From assembly GCF_006345805.1 (NCBI RefSeq), contig NC_043009.1, positions 31,248,001 through 31,312,000 of the forward strand: 64,000 nt of DNA, read 5' to 3'. Below are positions 61,567 through 64,000 of the stretch, in pieces (positions within the stretch are counted from its first letter, which is position 1; every line of letters begins with the position of its first letter). The notes beneath the pieces are model-generated. The model was not told the DNA's origin. It worked only from the letters and a program-made list of their open reading frames with translations, and ran no database searches. This stretch comes from Octopus sinensis. Taxonomy: Eukaryota. The position numbers and the translations under genes were made by a program.

Positions 61567-61714
61567 ATATAAATGAAATTCAAGAGACAAACACTGCATA
61601 GAAGACAACAAGTAGACTGTAGGTGGAATTCAAAGATCTAATCTTGTCCCAGTAGATTGTAAGTATTTCTCTTGAGAATCGTAAGTGAAGAAATGGGAAT
61701 AGTCAATCATTTCA

Positions 61715-61757
61715 CATTTTTATTCAGTCGGTAGGATCTCGACCTCGTCAGACATAT
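61715..61757 (-). ncRNA. Hammerhead-like core, probably decayed
   Basis: Minus strand CTGACGA-GGTCG-(9 nt)-CGACT-GAAT. 5-bp stem II. A15.1 missing and no clear stems I/III. Confidence 0.35.
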
Positions 61758-62878
61758 GGATGTTCATATATTTTTCTATATGTATTAACAGTCAGTTTTG
61801 TCTATACACACACACACAAATTTGTATGTATCATATCTATCTGTCTTTCTTTCTCTCTCTCTCTCTTTATATATGTATATATATATATATATATATATCT
61901 TTGAATGAGTGGACACATGAAAGAAGGGCAATCAACCAATTTATTGGGAGTTTTGGGAGTTACATGTAGGGATCAAAACAGTTTGATCCATATATACATA
62001 TATACAAACACACTTGCACACACTCATACACAACGTAAATATATATGTATGTATAATTATATATGCACATACACACATATGTATACTTAGGCATACATGT
62101 GTACAAGCATGTATAAAAAATTGAATCTCCTAAAGTTTCTGAAATTTTTACTTTCAGTTTCATGTGACTTATTATAGAAATGATTAAAAAATGGAAGCAG
62201 TGTGACAATATATAAGAAAAAATATTTGTAAGTACATTGAAATTTTGTTAGTTCAACCATTGAACCAAATAATTCTTAGAAGCTGTATCATACATTCGCA
62301 TATTCATTTGTTGTATACATTAATATATATATTCATTTAGTCACATGTAAATATTTGTTAAATTATTACTTCTTCAGTATGATGCACCATCAAATAACTG
62401 AAAGCAATGAAGCTTGTTATTTTTAATGTAAGCTCAGTGTTGTTTAATGATTTGTATTTTTGTCAATATGCAAGAATCTTTGAATTTAAGGCAATTCCAT
62501 TACATGACAAGTAAGCTATTTAAACTTGTTGTAATTAGGGAAATTCTTCACTAATAATATTGAAAATATTCTCTATTTCTGCTCATTTATTCAAAATTCT
62601 AAACTGTTTTAATGGGATATTAAACATCTCTGAGAGGTAAAGTTAACAGCTTTTAATTCCATTAATGATGAGGGATGCATGTTCTACTGTACACTAATGG
62701 ATTTTGTGAATAATAATATCCTTTAAAAACCAGATATATTAGGAGATTGTAGTGGTGAGAAACTCCCTATATTGCAGATATTTTTAAGTAAAGAATTTAC
62801 ACATAACAAATATAGTATTTTGTTTCCTTTTGTTTACAAGAGAGACTTTAAATTGATAAACCAACGTTTTAGACCGAC

Positions 62879-62938
62879 ATGTGTTTCCAATATTGCAGAT
62901 ATTAGAGTTGCAGCAGTTATACAAATGGGACGAGATTT
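62879..62938 (-). CDS. Candidate 60-nt exon with CCxxxxCN motif (Ly6/uPAR/three-finger-type terminus)
   Basis: ISSHLYNCCNSNICNIGNT. Splice signals are weak (CAG without a pyrimidine tract; GTCGGT donor). Confidence 0.25.
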
Positions 62939-63834
62939 CTGTGTTTATACTGAGTAGTTTTGTCATAGTTATACTGACTAAAGGTGTAATCATATTTATG
63001 ATGTAATTTTAGCTCAATTCCCAATTTAATATATATATAACCTATAGGGAAATGTTTGTCAATAAGGATTAGGATTCTCCTAGTGATGCTGGAATGAACA
63101 TTTATACTACATGGTAGATTGTACCCTGTAATATTTCCTCTATTATTTTTCAGTTTGTATATTAGTAAGTGTGTGTATGCTTGTAATCATATGTTTTATA
63201 TATGATATATTCTATCATGGGAATCATTACCTTTTAATGTGTCCTTGCAATAATGAGAGCAAGGTTAAAAGTGTGACATTAATAAGACAGACATGCATTC
63301 ACTTCTATTAAGTTTATAAAAGAAGGAGTCCCTATGGAAATATACCTGAAATGCACAATTCTCATATTTTAGAAATGACTCTGCTATGAAGAGTTCAATT
63401 TTAGCTGCAATAATGAAATATTCTTTGCATGAGATAAGAATAGTCTCAGAACAAATGATGGTGGGAAGGAATCCATCACCATATTCTTAAAATTTGGTGG
63501 AAAGATGACGGTGGAACTTTAAATCCAGGATTATTGGTAATGTTTGAGTTTAGTGGAATATTTAAATTACATGAAAACGTTAAAGAAAATTAATTTGATG
63601 GTTTTACAGACATTGATTGAATATTCTCAAACAAGAATTAATTATTGAATTATTAAAGATACGTCTTGAGTGACAAGAAAAAAATGTCAGAAAGATGTTC
63701 TGATTGATAATTCATATTAGGAAAGTTAAATAGCTAGCATGAATGATGAATAGTGTCGTATAAACATATTTGTGTGTGTGTATGCGTGTGTGTGTGTTTC
63801 TCTTTGATTTGCCATCGTATGATTTGTTGTAAAT

Positions 63835-63975
63835 ATGTGTCACCATCACATAAAATGCTTCATGCTTTTCCAATATTCTGCAAAAACATGTCTGGCCACC
63901 TTATTTGGAATCAGGTAAGGATTGACAAAAGGTCATAGAAAATCTGTCTCTATAAATGCTGTCCGACCTGTCCAG
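63835..63975 (+). mobile_element. Family C2 fragment
   Basis: TTCTGCAAAAACATGTCTGGCC..CCTTATTTGGAATCAGG...ATAGAAAATCTG..TGTCCGACC. Confidence 0.6.
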
Positions 63976-64000
63976 GTACAGAAAAGTGTGTGTCAAAGCG

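Overview
AT-rich, extremely microsatellite-dense animal DNA with no long real ORF. Nearly all ORFs in the track are artefacts of (TA)n, (CA)n, (GAT)n and (TACC)n tracts. The tRNA-derived SINEs and (GAT)n-tailed retroposon ends are most consistent with an octopod cephalopod genome (inference). The window is probably intronic or intergenic. Recognisable relics are two copies of a Tc1-type transposon with DD36E spacing, a ~2.2 kb Helitron Rep relic abutting an antisense Ty3/Gypsy RT-RNaseH relic, a Penelope-like (GIY-YIG) relic, RTE and other LINE fragments, hAT and Tc1-like MITEs, about 30 SINE copies, and several minisatellites. The most interesting signal is a set of minimal hammerhead-ribozyme (HHR) motifs in short non-coding repeats. 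One folds fully at 20417-20470, with a palindromic stem III, inside a 600-bp inverted-plus-direct-repeat cassette flanked by 13-bp direct repeats. One has an intact core at 57323-57349. Several CpG-decayed relatives are also present. Together they suggest a Penelope-mobilised, retrozyme-like system. A few candidate host exons and a possible recursive splice site are reported at low confidence. All motifs were read and translated by eye. No database search was run, and boundaries of degenerate elements are approximate.
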